From contig CAWFCQ010000008.1 of NCBI GenBank assembly GCA_963814375.1, positions 192,001 through 256,000 of the forward strand: a stretch of 64,000 nt of DNA, read 5' to 3'. The notes below the pieces were generated by a model. It was not told the DNA's origin. It saw nothing but the letters and a program-made list of their open reading frames with translations, and searched no databases. The DNA comes from an uncultured Chloroflexia bacterium (GTDB lineage Bacteria; Chloroflexota; Limnocylindria; QHBO01). Of the stretch, positions 1 through 11,020 are shown piece after piece (position 1 is the first letter of the stretch; the number at the start of each line of letters is the position of its first letter). Both the position numbers and the translations under genes were made by a program.

Positions 1-527
1 AGCTCGTGTTCGAGGACGCCCGCGTGCCGGTCGACAACCGCCTCGGCGAGGAGGGCGATGGCCTGCGTGTCGCGCTCTCGGCGCTCGGCGCCGGGCGCAT
101 CGGCATCGCCGCAGCCTGCACCGGGCTGGCCCGCAGCGCGCTCGAGCTGTCTGCCCGCTACGCGCTCGAGCGCCGCCAGTTCGGCCGCGCCATCGCCGAC
201 ACCGAGATGATCCAGGCCATGCTGGCCGAGATGGCAGTCCAGGTCGACGCGGCTCGCCTCCTCACCTGGCGGGCGGCGCGCATGCGGGACGCGGGTCAGC
301 CGATCAACAGCGCCTCGAGCATGGCCAAGTGGTACGCCTCCGACGTCGCCATGAAGGTCTCGACCGATGCGGTCCAGATCTACGGCGGCGCCGGCTACTC
401 GCGCGACAACCCGGTCGAGCGCCTCATGCGCGACGCGAAGGGCGCGCAGATCTACGAGGGAACGAACCAGATCCACCGTCTCATCGTGGCGCAGGGGTTG
501 CTCGACTCCGTGCGCCGCGACGGATGA
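1..527 (+). CDS. Acyl-CoA dehydrogenase, C-terminal part (5' end outside window)
   Basis: GRIGIAA, RRQFG, AVQIYGGAGY and IYEGTNQI motifs typical of acyl-CoA dehydrogenases. Confidence 0.93.
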   Translation, partial: LVFEDARVPVDNRLGEEGDGLRVALSALGAGRIGIAAACTGLARSALELSARYALERRQFGRAIADTEMIQAMLAEMAVQVDAARLLTWRAARMRDAGQPINSASSMAKWYASDVAMKVSTDAVQIYGGAGYSRDNPVERLMRDAKGAQIYEGTNQIHRLIVAQGLLDSVRRDG

Positions 528-558
528 GCACGCCCACCACCCGCAGGAGACGAGACCG

Positions 559-2514
559 ATGACGACGACGATCGCTCCACGCGACCCGGCGACGGAGCCC
601 GAAGCGGCCACAGCGCCGCAGCGGCTGATGCAGACGCCCGAGATCGAGCCGCTCACGGTCGCGCCTGAGGACCGGGCGCGCAATGTCGTCGACCTCATCG
701 CGCGTTCCGTCGAGCGCAACGCCGGTCGCGAGGCGCTGCGATGGAAGCTGCCGAAGGCACAGCGCACCGAGGGTGCCGAGAGCGTCTGGACGAGCCGCAC
801 GTATCGCGAGATGTGGGACTGGGTCACCAAGCTGTCGCTCGGCCTGCGCGACCTCGGCATCCGCGACGGCGACAGCGTTGCGATCATCGCGCGCACGCGC
901 CCCGAGTGGGCGATCAGCGACATCGCCTCCCTGGCTCTCGGCGCCGTGACCTGCCCGATCTATCCGCAGTCGGAGCCCGGCCAGGCAGCATTCGTCCTCA
1001 ACAACACCGGCGCCAGGGCGGTCTTCGTCGAGAACGTTCAGCAGGCAGCGAAGATCGCATCGGTCCGGTCGGAGTGCCCGAAGCTCGAGCACGTGATCAG
1101 CTTCGAGGCGAGCGGCAAGCTGCCGGAAGGCACCCTGACGCTTGACGACGTCATGGCGCGCGCCGACATGGAGGCCGCCAACCGCGTTGCCTGGCGCGAC
1201 GGGTGGTTGGCGGTCGACCGCGATCATCTCGCGACCGTCATCCACACCTCGGGCACGACCGCCAACCCGAAGGGGGCCATGCTCAGCCACGGCAACCTGC
1301 TGTTCAACTACGAGGCGGCCAACCAGGTCGTCGACTTCTACGAGACCGATGTCTTCCTCAGCTTCCTGCCGCTCAGCCACATCTACGGGCGGATCATGGA
1401 CGAGATCGTGGCCCTCGGACGGGGAGCCGCGGTTGTCTACGCCGAAGCGCTGATCGAGCGCCTGCCGGCGAACATGGTCGAGGTCCAGCCCACGGTCATG
1501 GGCTCCGTGCCGCGCCTCTACGAGCGCGTCTATGCCCGGGTTCAATCGGCCGTCGAGGCCGGCTCGCCGATGCGCCAGCGCATCTTCCACTGGGCCTCCG
1601 GGCTCGGCGCGCAGAAGTACGCGAACCACGTGGCCGGCAGGGGCGACTCGCCCTGGCTGGCCCTCCAGCTCAAGCTCGCCGATGCACTCGTCTTCGGCAA
1701 GATCCGCGACCGCACCGGCGGACGGGTGCGCTACTTCGTTTCGGGCTCGGCGCCGCTGGCGGGCGAGATCGGCGAGTTCTTCTACGCCATGGGCATGCTC
1801 GTGCTCGAGGGCTACGGCCTGACCGAGACCTCGCCCTTCGTGAGCCTCAACCGTCCCGACGACTTCGTCTTCGGCACCGTTGGTCGCCCGGCGCCCGGGT
1901 CGGAGGTGAAGATCGATCCGGAGACCGGCGAGATCCTCGTGCGCGGCCCGCAGATCATGCAGGGCTACCTCAACGCGCCGGAGGAGACGGCCAAGGCGAT
2001 CGATCCCGACGGCTGGTTCCACACCGGCGACATCGGTGAGCTCGATGAGATCGGCCGCATCCGGATCACCGATCGGCTCAAGAACATCATCGTCCTCGGC
2101 AACGGCAAGAACGTGTCACCTGCGCCGATGGAGGCCGCGCTGTCCACCTCGCGCTACGTGGCCCAGGCGGTGATCCTCGGCGACCGCCAGGCCTACACCG
2201 GCGTGCTGATAGCCCCCGACTTCGACGAGCTCGGGGCGTGGGCCGCCACGAACGGCATCGCGGCCGAGATGCCACCGGAGCAGCTCATCGAGGAGCGGGC
2301 GGTCGAGAAGCTGTTCGATGCGGAGGTAAAGCGCACCCTCGACGGTTTCGCGATCTACGAGCGACCGCGGCGCGTCGCTCTCCTGCCCCGCCTCCTTACC
2401 GAGGAGGCCGGTGAGCTGACGCCGTCGCTCAAGACGAAGAACCGCGTCGTCCTGAAGAACTGGGCCGACAAGATCGCCTACCTCTTCGACGAGAAGAAGG
2501 CCGAGGCCCGGTAG
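559..2514 (+). CDS. Long-chain fatty acid-CoA ligase (AMP-binding family)
   Basis: IHTSGTTANPKG P-loop, EGYGLTE, WFHTGDIG and GELTPSLK motifs; AGGAGA RBS at 545-550 before ATG 559. Confidence 0.92.
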   Translation: MTTTIAPRDPATEPEAATAPQRLMQTPEIEPLTVAPEDRARNVVDLIARSVERNAGREALRWKLPKAQRTEGAESVWTSRTYREMWDWVTKLSLGLRDLGIRDGDSVAIIARTRPEWAISDIASLALGAVTCPIYPQSEPGQAAFVLNNTGARAVFVENVQQAAKIASVRSECPKLEHVISFEASGKLPEGTLTLDDVMARADMEAANRVAWRDGWLAVDRDHLATVIHTSGTTANPKGAMLSHGNLLFNYEAANQVVDFYETDVFLSFLPLSHIYGRIMDEIVALGRGAAVVYAEALIERLPANMVEVQPTVMGSVPRLYERVYARVQSAVEAGSPMRQRIFHWASGLGAQKYANHVAGRGDSPWLALQLKLADALVFGKIRDRTGGRVRYFVSGSAPLAGEIGEFFYAMGMLVLEGYGLTETSPFVSLNRPDDFVFGTVGRPAPGSEVKIDPETGEILVRGPQIMQGYLNAPEETAKAIDPDGWFHTGDIGELDEIGRIRITDRLKNIIVLGNGKNVSPAPMEAALSTSRYVAQAVILGDRQAYTGVLIAPDFDELGAWAATNGIAAEMPPEQLIEERAVEKLFDAEVKRTLDGFAIYERPRRVALLPRLLTEEAGELTPSLKTKNRVVLKNWADKIAYLFDEKKAEAR

Positions 2515-2559
2515 CCCCGCGATTCGAGGCCATCCGCCGCGGCGAGTACCATCAGCTCC

Positions 2560-3735
2560 ATGCGTGACGTGTACATCCTCTCCGCCGCCCGCACGCCGAT
2601 CGGGAAGTTCGGCGGGGCGCTCTCGACGACTCCGGCCACCGACTTGGGGTCGACGGCGATCCGCGCCGCGGTCGAGCGTTCCTCGGTGGCGCCGGAGAAG
2701 GTCGACGAGGTGATCATGGGCCAGGTGCTCCAGGCGGGCGCCGGCCAGGCCCCGGCGCGCCAGGCTGCCCTGAAGGCGGGGCTGCCGGAGAGCGTCAGCG
2801 CCACGACCATCAACAAGGTGTGCGGCTCCGGGCTCAAGGCCGTGATGCTCGGTGCATCGGGCATTCGAGCCGGCGATGCCGAGCTCATCGTGGCCGGCGG
2901 CATGGAGAGCATGAACATGGCGCCCTACCTGCTGCCGCAGGCGCGGACCGGGTACCGGCTGGGCGATGGCAAGGTGGTGGACTCGACCGTCCACGACGGC
3001 CTGTGGTGCTCGACCTGTGACGTCCACATGGGCATGCATGCCGAGCGGGTCGCGGCCAAGCACGAAGTCACCCGCGAGGCCCAGGACGAGTTCGCGCTGC
3101 GCTCGCACGAGCGCGCGGTCGCCGCCCAGGAAGCTGGCCGATTCGACGAGGAGATCGTCCCCGTGACGGTGCCCGGCAGGAAGGGCGACACCGTGGTGAA
3201 GGCCGATGAGGGCCCGCGCGCCGATACCAGCCCGGAGGCACTCGCGAAGCTGAAGCCCGCCTTCCAGCCTGACGGCGGGACCGTCACCGCCGGCAATGCA
3301 CCGGGCATCACCGATGGTGCCGCGGCGCTCGTCATCGGCTCGGAGGATGCGCTGAACGGCGCCCAGCCGATGGCGCGCATCACCGGCTATGCCCAGGCCG
3401 ATGTCGCCCCCGAGTGGCTGTTCGAAGCGCCGATTCACGGCGTGCGGCGGCTGATCGAGCGCGTCGGCGGCTCGCTCGACGACTACGACCTGATCGAGAT
3501 CAACGAGGCATTCGCCGCACAGGTCCTGGCCGATGGCAACGAGCTCGGCTTCGACTGGGATCGCGTCAACGTCAACGGCGGCGCCATTGCGCTCGGCCAC
3601 CCGATCGGCGCATCCGGCGCCCGCGTCCTGACCACGCTCCTGTACGAGCTCCGACGCCGCGGCGGTGGCAAGGGCCTCGCCACGCTGTGCCTCGGCGGCG
3701 GGGGAGCGGTGGCGATGGCGGTCGAAACAGTCTGA
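2560..3735 (+). CDS. Acetyl-CoA C-acetyltransferase (thiolase)
   Basis: [19 protein letters not shown] and CLGGG motifs; TACCAT -10 lies 7 nt before the ATG, suggesting a leaderless mRNA. Confidence 0.95.
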   Translation: MRDVYILSAARTPIGKFGGALSTTPATDLGSTAIRAAVERSSVAPEKVDEVIMGQVLQAGAGQAPARQAALKAGLPESVSATTINKVCGSGLKAVMLGASGIRAGDAELIVAGGMESMNMAPYLLPQARTGYRLGDGKVVDSTVHDGLWCSTCDVHMGMHAERVAAKHEVTREAQDEFALRSHERAVAAQEAGRFDEEIVPVTVPGRKGDTVVKADEGPRADTSPEALAKLKPAFQPDGGTVTAGNAPGITDGAAALVIGSEDALNGAQPMARITGYAQADVAPEWLFEAPIHGVRRLIERVGGSLDDYDLIEINEAFAAQVLADGNELGFDWDRVNVNGGAIALGHPIGASGARVLTTLLYELRRRGGGKGLATLCLGGGGAVAMAVETV

Positions 3736-3749
3736 CGACCGATCCCGCG

Positions 3750-4493
3750 GTGCCCGACGCGGTCTTCGACAATCCGAAGCTCGCCGCGATCTACGACGCG
3801 CTCGATCCGGACCGCTCCGATCTGGACGCCTATCTCGCGATGGTCGACGAGTTCGGCGCGCGCTCGGTGGTCGACCTCGGGTGCGGGACCGGCGTCTTCG
3901 CCCTGCTCCTGGCCGAGCGTGGCGTCGAGGTCATCGGAGTCGACCCCGCCGGCGCGTCGCTCGACGTCGCCCGCGCCAAGCCGGGCGCAGAGCGCGTGAT
4001 GTGGATCCACGGGGATGCATCGGCGATTCCGGCGTCCGTGCAGGTGGACGCGGTGACGATGACGGCCAACGTCGCCCAGGTCTTCCTGACCGATGCGGAC
4101 TGGCTCGCGACGCTTGCCGCCGCTCATGCCGCCCTCCGTCCCGGCGGGCGCCTGATCTTCGAGTCGCGCGACCCAGGCCGACGCGCGTGGGAGGGGTGGA
4201 CCGAGGAGCGGACTCGCTCGACGATCGACATTCCCGGCGTCGGCAGGGTGACCGATTGGGTCCAGGTGATCGAGGTCGACGGTGAGCTCGTGACCTTCGA
4301 ATCGCCGAATGTCTTCGAGGCGGATGGCACCGTCATCACGTCGCGATCGACGCTTCGATTTCGCTCGCGCCAGGCCATCGAGGAGTCGCTGGCGGCTTGT
4401 GGGTTCGCGCTCGAAGACGTCCGTGACGCGCCGGACCGCCCGGGCCGTGAGTTCGTGTTCGTCGCGAGGAGGGATACCGATCCGGGACGTTGA
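3750..4493 (+). CDS. Class I SAM-dependent methyltransferase
   Basis: VVDLGCGTG motif I, GVD, LRPGGRL; start inferred at GTG 3750. Confidence 0.85.
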   Translation: MPDAVFDNPKLAAIYDALDPDRSDLDAYLAMVDEFGARSVVDLGCGTGVFALLLAERGVEVIGVDPAGASLDVARAKPGAERVMWIHGDASAIPASVQVDAVTMTANVAQVFLTDADWLATLAAAHAALRPGGRLIFESRDPGRRAWEGWTEERTRSTIDIPGVGRVTDWVQVIEVDGELVTFESPNVFEADGTVITSRSTLRFRSRQAIEESLAACGFALEDVRDAPDRPGREFVFVARRDTDPGR

Positions 4494-4506
4494 CCAGACC
4501 AGCTGA

Positions 4507-6828
4507 CTAGGTGAGCGCGGCGAGGACCTGGTCCAGGGTCGCGACGATGACCGCCGCCTCGTCCCGGGTGATGCACAGCGGTGGCCGGATCTTGATGGTG
4601 TTGCCGAGGCGGCCGGTGCTGCCTATGAGGACGCCGGCCTCGGCCATCTCGTCCTTGACCCGCGCGGCGAGATCGGTCGCCGGTTCGCGGGTGGCCCGAT
4701 CGCGGACCAGCTCGACGCCGGTCATCAGCCCACGGCCGCGCACGTCGCCGATGACGGGATGGCGCGCAGCGAGATCAGCGAGCGACGCGCGGAGCTCATC
4801 GCCCACGGAGGCGGCGTGCGCAACCAGTCCCTCCTCCTGGATGACGTTGAGGACGGTGAGAGCTGCAGCACAGGCGACGGGATTGCCCCCAAATGTGCTG
4901 AAGAAGGTCGTCCGCGAACCGAGCCGATCGGCGATCTCGGCGCGCGTGATGACCGCGGCGACCGGGTGACCATTCCCCATAGGCTTGCCGAGGGTGACGA
5001 TGTCGGGAACCACGCCCCAGCGGCTGAAGCCCCACAGCTCTCCGGTCCGCCCGTGGCCGGACTGCACCTCGTCCGCGACGAAGAGCGCACCCGCATCGCG
5101 CGCCGCCCCGACGATCCCCGCCACCACGTCCGGCTCCGGCACGAAGATGCCGTCCGCGGTGAAGGTCGAGTCGATGAACAGCGCCGCGGGCCGCCGTCCA
5201 CGGTCGGCTAGGCGTTCGACGGCGCCCGCGACCTCGGCGCGCCCGACCGACGCCGGATCGGCCGCATCGGCGTAGCGGCCGCGGTAGGTGTCGGGAGCCG
5301 CGAAGGTCTCCACGCCGGCGGGCTGCTCGCCGCGCGGCCACTCCGAGGGCGAGAAGTCGGCGATCGCGGCGGTGACGCCGTGGTACGCCCACTCGGTGAC
5401 GAGGCCCGCATCGGCTCCGGTGTAGGTCGTCGCCAGGCGCCAGGCGAGGTCGTTCGCCTCCGAGCCGGAGTTGACGAACATCACCGTGTCGAGGCCGTCG
5501 GGCATCGTCGCCACCAGGCGCTCGGCCAGCTCGACGACGCGCTCGTGCAGATAGCGCGTGTTCGTGTTGAGCGCCGCGGCCTGGCGGGCGATGGCCTCGA
5601 CCACCCGCGGGTGAGCGTGCCCGACCACCGGCACGTTGTTGTAGGCGTCGAGGTAGCGCCGCCCGTCGGCGGCCTCCATCCATGCGCCCGAGGCGCGGAC
5701 CAGGTGAAGCGGACGCCGATAGCTGAGGCCCTCGAGCGCAGAGCCCAGCACGGCGTGCCGTCGGCGGCAGGAGCGAGTCGTCGGGCTCGCGATGCCGGAT
5801 CGGCGCTCGGGCGATCGCCGCCAGCCGGTCTCCCGCCTCGTCAAAGCCGATTGCATCGAGCTGCTCGAGCAGCGCCCACGCCGGCTCGGACCAGGCGTGG
5901 ATGTAGGCGTTGTCGGGGTACTGGCGCGTCCGGAAGGCGCTGATCAGGATCGTCTGCGCCATTCGCCCCGCAAGCAGGTCTCCCAACAGCGCCGCCTCGC
6001 GCTCTTCGAGCGGGATGACCGATGCGTAACCGGCGAGGAACGCATCGGCGACTTCAAAGATGTCGGTGCGGTCGCGGACCAGCGACTGGAGGGTGGCGGG
6101 AACGTCGAGCACGAGCGCGGTGTGGGCCATGTCGCCGAAGTCGATGATCCCGGTCACCCGATGCTCCTCGTCGAGCAGCAGGTTGTCGAGCGTGACGTCG
6201 TTGTGGATCACCTGCGCCCGGAGGCTCGGAAGCACGGGCAGGACCGTCGCCTGAAAGCGCTCGATGACTCGATCGAGCAGTGCGCGCCGCTCGCCGTCCT
6301 CGATCAGCGCGGCGTGCCGGAACAGCAACGGTAGGCGCTGCTGATCCCACAGGATGGTCCGACCGGCCGCGGGATGGAAGAAGCCGCGAAGGGCATGGCC
6401 GAGGCGGCCGACGACCTCACCGATGCCCGCGATGGCGTCGAGGTCGAGCTCCCCGGGCACGGCGTTGCGGCCGGGCATGAGCGGCAGAAGGCGGACGAGG
6501 TGGATCGCCGTTGCCGATCTCCACCGATGAGACTGTCGAGCCATCGAGCGCCGGGACGGCCACCGGCACGGGCAGCCCGGGGTCGACCGCGGCGATGTGC
6601 TCGACCGCGGCCACCTCCATCTCGACCACGCCGCGGTCCTCGACGGCGTTCGAGACCTTCAGGACCCATGCGGCGCCCTCCGCTTCGGTGAGGCGGAAGT
6701 TCTGGTCGCGCTCGCTGACCAGCGCTTCGGCACTCGCGGTCAGGCCGAAGGTGCCGCGGGCAATCTCCTCGGCGTCGCTCTGGCGTGAGCTCAGGCGGCG
6801 CGGCGTCGAGAACGTCGGCGGTCGTCAT
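4507..6828 (-). CDS. APH-like phosphotransferase fused to class III aminotransferase (hydroxylysine kinase/phospho-lyase-like); about 3 frameshifts
   Basis: Consecutive fragments in different frames: MTTADVL, SERDQNF, VIHNDVTLDNLL...IIDFGD (kinase), then YLDAYNNVPVVGH, DEVQSGHGR, TLGKPMGNG (PLP Lys). Confidence 0.8.
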
Positions 6829-6991
6829 CGGCTCGATCGTAGCGCTCCGCTCGTACCGCGTGACGCGCGCGGGCCGTGCGCTAGAATCGGCACCCGTTAC
6901 CCGCGAACCCGGCCTGCTTCCGCTGACGGAATACGGCGCGTAGAGGCGCCGGCGCATCGCGACGCATCACAGGAGGCACGCAGCGCACCTG

Positions 6992-8260
<1,269 letters not shown>

Positions 8261-8263
8261 CCC

Positions 8264-8869
8264 ATGCTCGATCACGAAGAGCGCTTCCTGTTCCGCGAGG
8301 AGATCCACAACCTCGCCAACGCCCTCGCCGATCCCGGACAGCTCGACAACGTCGAGGATCTCCTGGCCGAGGTCACCACCAGCCCGCGCTTCGACGCCGA
8401 CGTCTTCACGCTCGAGCGCTCGCTCCAGGTGATGCTCGGGGGTCGTGCCGGCTCGACGCTGGTCGGCCTGCTGACTGTGGACCGCGGCGTCTTCGAGGAG
8501 CTCGGCGAGATGGGACTGCCGACGGACGTGCAGGAGCGTCTCGTCTCGTGGCGGGCGCGCTTCGGCCTCGTGATCGACAACGCGCTCAACTTCCTCAACA
8601 ACCCCGACGGCATCCAGGGGCACAACTTCGGCACACAGCTTTCGCACACCGAGGCCGGCCTCACGCTCCAGGGCCGCCTCACCCTGGTCCGCTACAACAA
8701 CGAGCCCCAGTTCTTCATCGCCGATGCCGACGTGCTTTTCTCGGTCGCTGCCGACATGCTCGAGCGCCTCGGCGAGCACCTCGAGCCGGAGATGATCGAC
8801 GCCGACCTCGTCACCCGCCTGCGCGAGGGGGTCGACCTGGTCGAGCGCCGCACGAAGCCCCGCTCCTAG
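8264..8869 (+). CDS. Hypothetical protein (acidic), co-operonic with gdhA
   Basis: 201-aa ORF with protein-like composition, 3 nt after the gdhA stop. Confidence 0.75.
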   Translation: MLDHEERFLFREEIHNLANALADPGQLDNVEDLLAEVTTSPRFDADVFTLERSLQVMLGGRAGSTLVGLLTVDRGVFEELGEMGLPTDVQERLVSWRARFGLVIDNALNFLNNPDGIQGHNFGTQLSHTEAGLTLQGRLTLVRYNNEPQFFIADADVLFSVAADMLERLGEHLEPEMIDADLVTRLREGVDLVERRTKPRS

Positions 8870-8882
8870 TCCCTCGCCCCCC

Positions 8883-9974
8883 ATGCCAGCCAAGCGCGTC
8901 TTCCTTGCGGCCACCGGGCAGAACCGCGGCAAGACGACGATGAGCCTCGGCCTGCTGGCCGCCATCCGTGAGCGCGGCCTGCGTCTCGGATTCGTGAAGC
9001 CGGTCGGCCAGCGCTACCTGGTGGTGGACGGCACCCGCGCCGATGAGGACGCCGTGCTGATGAGCGAGGTCTTCGGCCTGCCCGATGCGCTCAACGACAT
9101 GTCGCCGGTGACGCTGCCGCGCCACTTCACCACCGAGTTCGTCATGGGACGTGTCCACGACGATCTCGAGGCGCAGATCCGCGACGCGGACGCCAGGGTC
9201 GCGGCGGACAAGGACCTCGTCGTCATCGAAGGCACCGGGCATGCCGGCGTCGGGGCCGTGGTCGGCGTGTCGAACGCCCGGGTCGCCGCGCTGCTCGACG
9301 CGCCGGTGATCATCGTCAGCGAGGGGGGCATCGGCCGGCCGATCGACGAGATCGTGCTCAACTGCGCTCTGTTCGCCGCCCACGACGTACGCGTCATCGG
9401 CGCCGTCGTCAACAAGGTCGACGTCGAGTCGCATCCGCACCTGCCGGAGGTGCTCGAGCGCGGGCTGGCTCAGCACGAAATCGACCTGCTCGGCTGCATC
9501 CCGTACTCGGAGTTCCTCGCCAACCCGTCCCTGGAGCTGATCGCGACCCACCTCGAGGGCGAGCTGCTCAGCGGCGAGGCGACGCCCGGCGCCACGATCG
9601 GCTGGGTCGCCATCGGCGCGATGCAGGCGGTCCACGCCGTGGAGCTCCTCCGCGACCGGACGCTCCTCATCACGCCCGGCGACCGCGAGGACCTCCTTCG
9701 CGCCGCGATCGAGGTCAACCGCATCTCGGGCGAACGCCCGCGGGTCATCGGAATCATCCTCACCGGCGGCTTTCGACCACCGGAGCCGGTGCTGGACGCT
9801 CTGCGCCAGGCGGGGATCTTCAGCTTCCTGGTGGCGAGCGATACCTACCGCGCCGCCCAGGCCGTCGACGAGATCCTCGTCAAGACGCATGCCGCCGACA
9901 CCGAGAAGATCTCGACCATCATCGAGCTGGTGGATGGGGCGCTCGACGTCGATGGGCTCCTGGCGCGCCTCTAG
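8883..9974 (+). CDS. BioD-like P-loop + DRTGG domain protein (standalone Pta N-terminal-like)
   Basis: ATGQNRGKTT, FVKPVG, IEGTGH, ITPGDRED and ILTGG motifs. Confidence 0.85.
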   Translation: MPAKRVFLAATGQNRGKTTMSLGLLAAIRERGLRLGFVKPVGQRYLVVDGTRADEDAVLMSEVFGLPDALNDMSPVTLPRHFTTEFVMGRVHDDLEAQIRDADARVAADKDLVVIEGTGHAGVGAVVGVSNARVAALLDAPVIIVSEGGIGRPIDEIVLNCALFAAHDVRVIGAVVNKVDVESHPHLPEVLERGLAQHEIDLLGCIPYSEFLANPSLELIATHLEGELLSGEATPGATIGWVAIGAMQAVHAVELLRDRTLLITPGDREDLLRAAIEVNRISGERPRVIGIILTGGFRPPEPVLDALRQAGIFSFLVASDTYRAAQAVDEILVKTHAADTEKISTIIELVDGALDVDGLLARL

Positions 9975-10015
9975 CGGCGGCTGTCGGCGGCGGGGCTTGG
10001 GCCCGAGAGGCAGAC

Positions 10016-10057
10016 AAAGCGAAGGGAGGCCGGACGTGGGCACCCGCCGGCCTCCCA
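10016..10057 (-). terminator. Hairpin/intrinsic terminator between convergent genes
   Basis: GGGAGGCCGG...CCGGCCTCCC stem followed on the minus strand by TTCGCTTT. Confidence 0.55.
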
Positions 10058-10165
10058 GCACCTCTGGCGCTCACGGCCGGTGACGGCCGGCGCCTCGGTG
10101 ACGGCCGCATCATACGGTGGCGCCCTCCGCGGGCACTAGTACTTTCGAAGCCGAGGATCCGACGC

Positions 10166-11020
10166 TCAGGCCACCGGTGCGTCGAGCGCCATGTTGTCGG
10201 TCAGTCGCGCCCGGCCGATCCACACTGCCAGGAGCGCCAACGACGGCCCGGAGACACGCTGGAGCTCGGCCAGCGAGACCGCGTCACACACGCTGACATA
10301 GTCGATGCGGGCCTTGGGCTCGCCGGCCAGCACATCGGTCATGCGCCAGCGCAGCACCTCCGCCGATCGCTCGCCCGCGTCGAAGGATGCCTTGGCCGCG
10401 TTGAGCGCGTTGTAGAGGCAGGTGGCCGCGTGGCGCTCCTCGATCCCGAGCAGCGCATTCGCGCTCGAAAGGGCAAGCCCGTCGTCATCCCGAACCGTTG
10501 GACAGATGACGAGCTCGAGGTTGATGAACAGGTCGCGCAGCATGCGGCGCACGAGCACGACCTGCTGCGCGTGGCGCTGGCCGAAGTACATCCGCGCCGG
10601 CCCGACGAGGTGGATCAGCTTGAGCATCACCGTGGTCAGGCCATCGAGGTGCCCGGGCCGCGACGCCCCCTCGAGCTGGCGCGTGAGGCCCTCGACCGAG
10701 ACGCGCGTCGTGTCGTCGGGCGGATAGAGGGTGCCGACCTCGGGCAGGAAGGCGATGTCGACCTCGGCATGCTCGAGGAGGGCCAGGTCGCGAAGGTGGT
10801 CGCGCTCGCCGATGTCCGCCTCGTCGAGCGTGCTGAAGGCGTGGGGGTTGACGAACGAGCTGACGACGACGCACCCGTTCTCCTCCCGTGCGCGCCGCAC
10901 GAGCGAGAGCTGGCCGTCGTGGAGCATCCCCATGGTCGGCACGAAGCCGACGCTGTCGCCGGCGATCCGGCGCTCGCGGATCGCGTCTCGCAGCTCGTCC
11001 GCGAAGTGGACGACGATCAC
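10166..11020 (-). CDS. panC: Pantoate-beta-alanine ligase homologue with degenerate active-site motifs
   Basis: GFVPTMG, FVNP, LEGASRPGH, DGLALSS and RLTDN motifs; GTG start overlaps the coaBC stop (GTGA). Confidence 0.85.
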   Translation of the reverse strand: MIVVHFADELRDAIRERRIAGDSVGFVPTMGMLHDGQLSLVRRAREENGCVVVSSFVNPHAFSTLDEADIGERDHLRDLALLEHAEVDIAFLPEVGTLYPPDDTTRVSVEGLTRQLEGASRPGHLDGLTTVMLKLIHLVGPARMYFGQRHAQQVVLVRRMLRDLFINLELVICPTVRDDDGLALSSANALLGIEERHAATCLYNALNAAKASFDAGERSAEVLRWRMTDVLAGEPKARIDYVSVCDAVSLAELQRVSGPSLALLAVWIGRARLTDNMALDAPVA

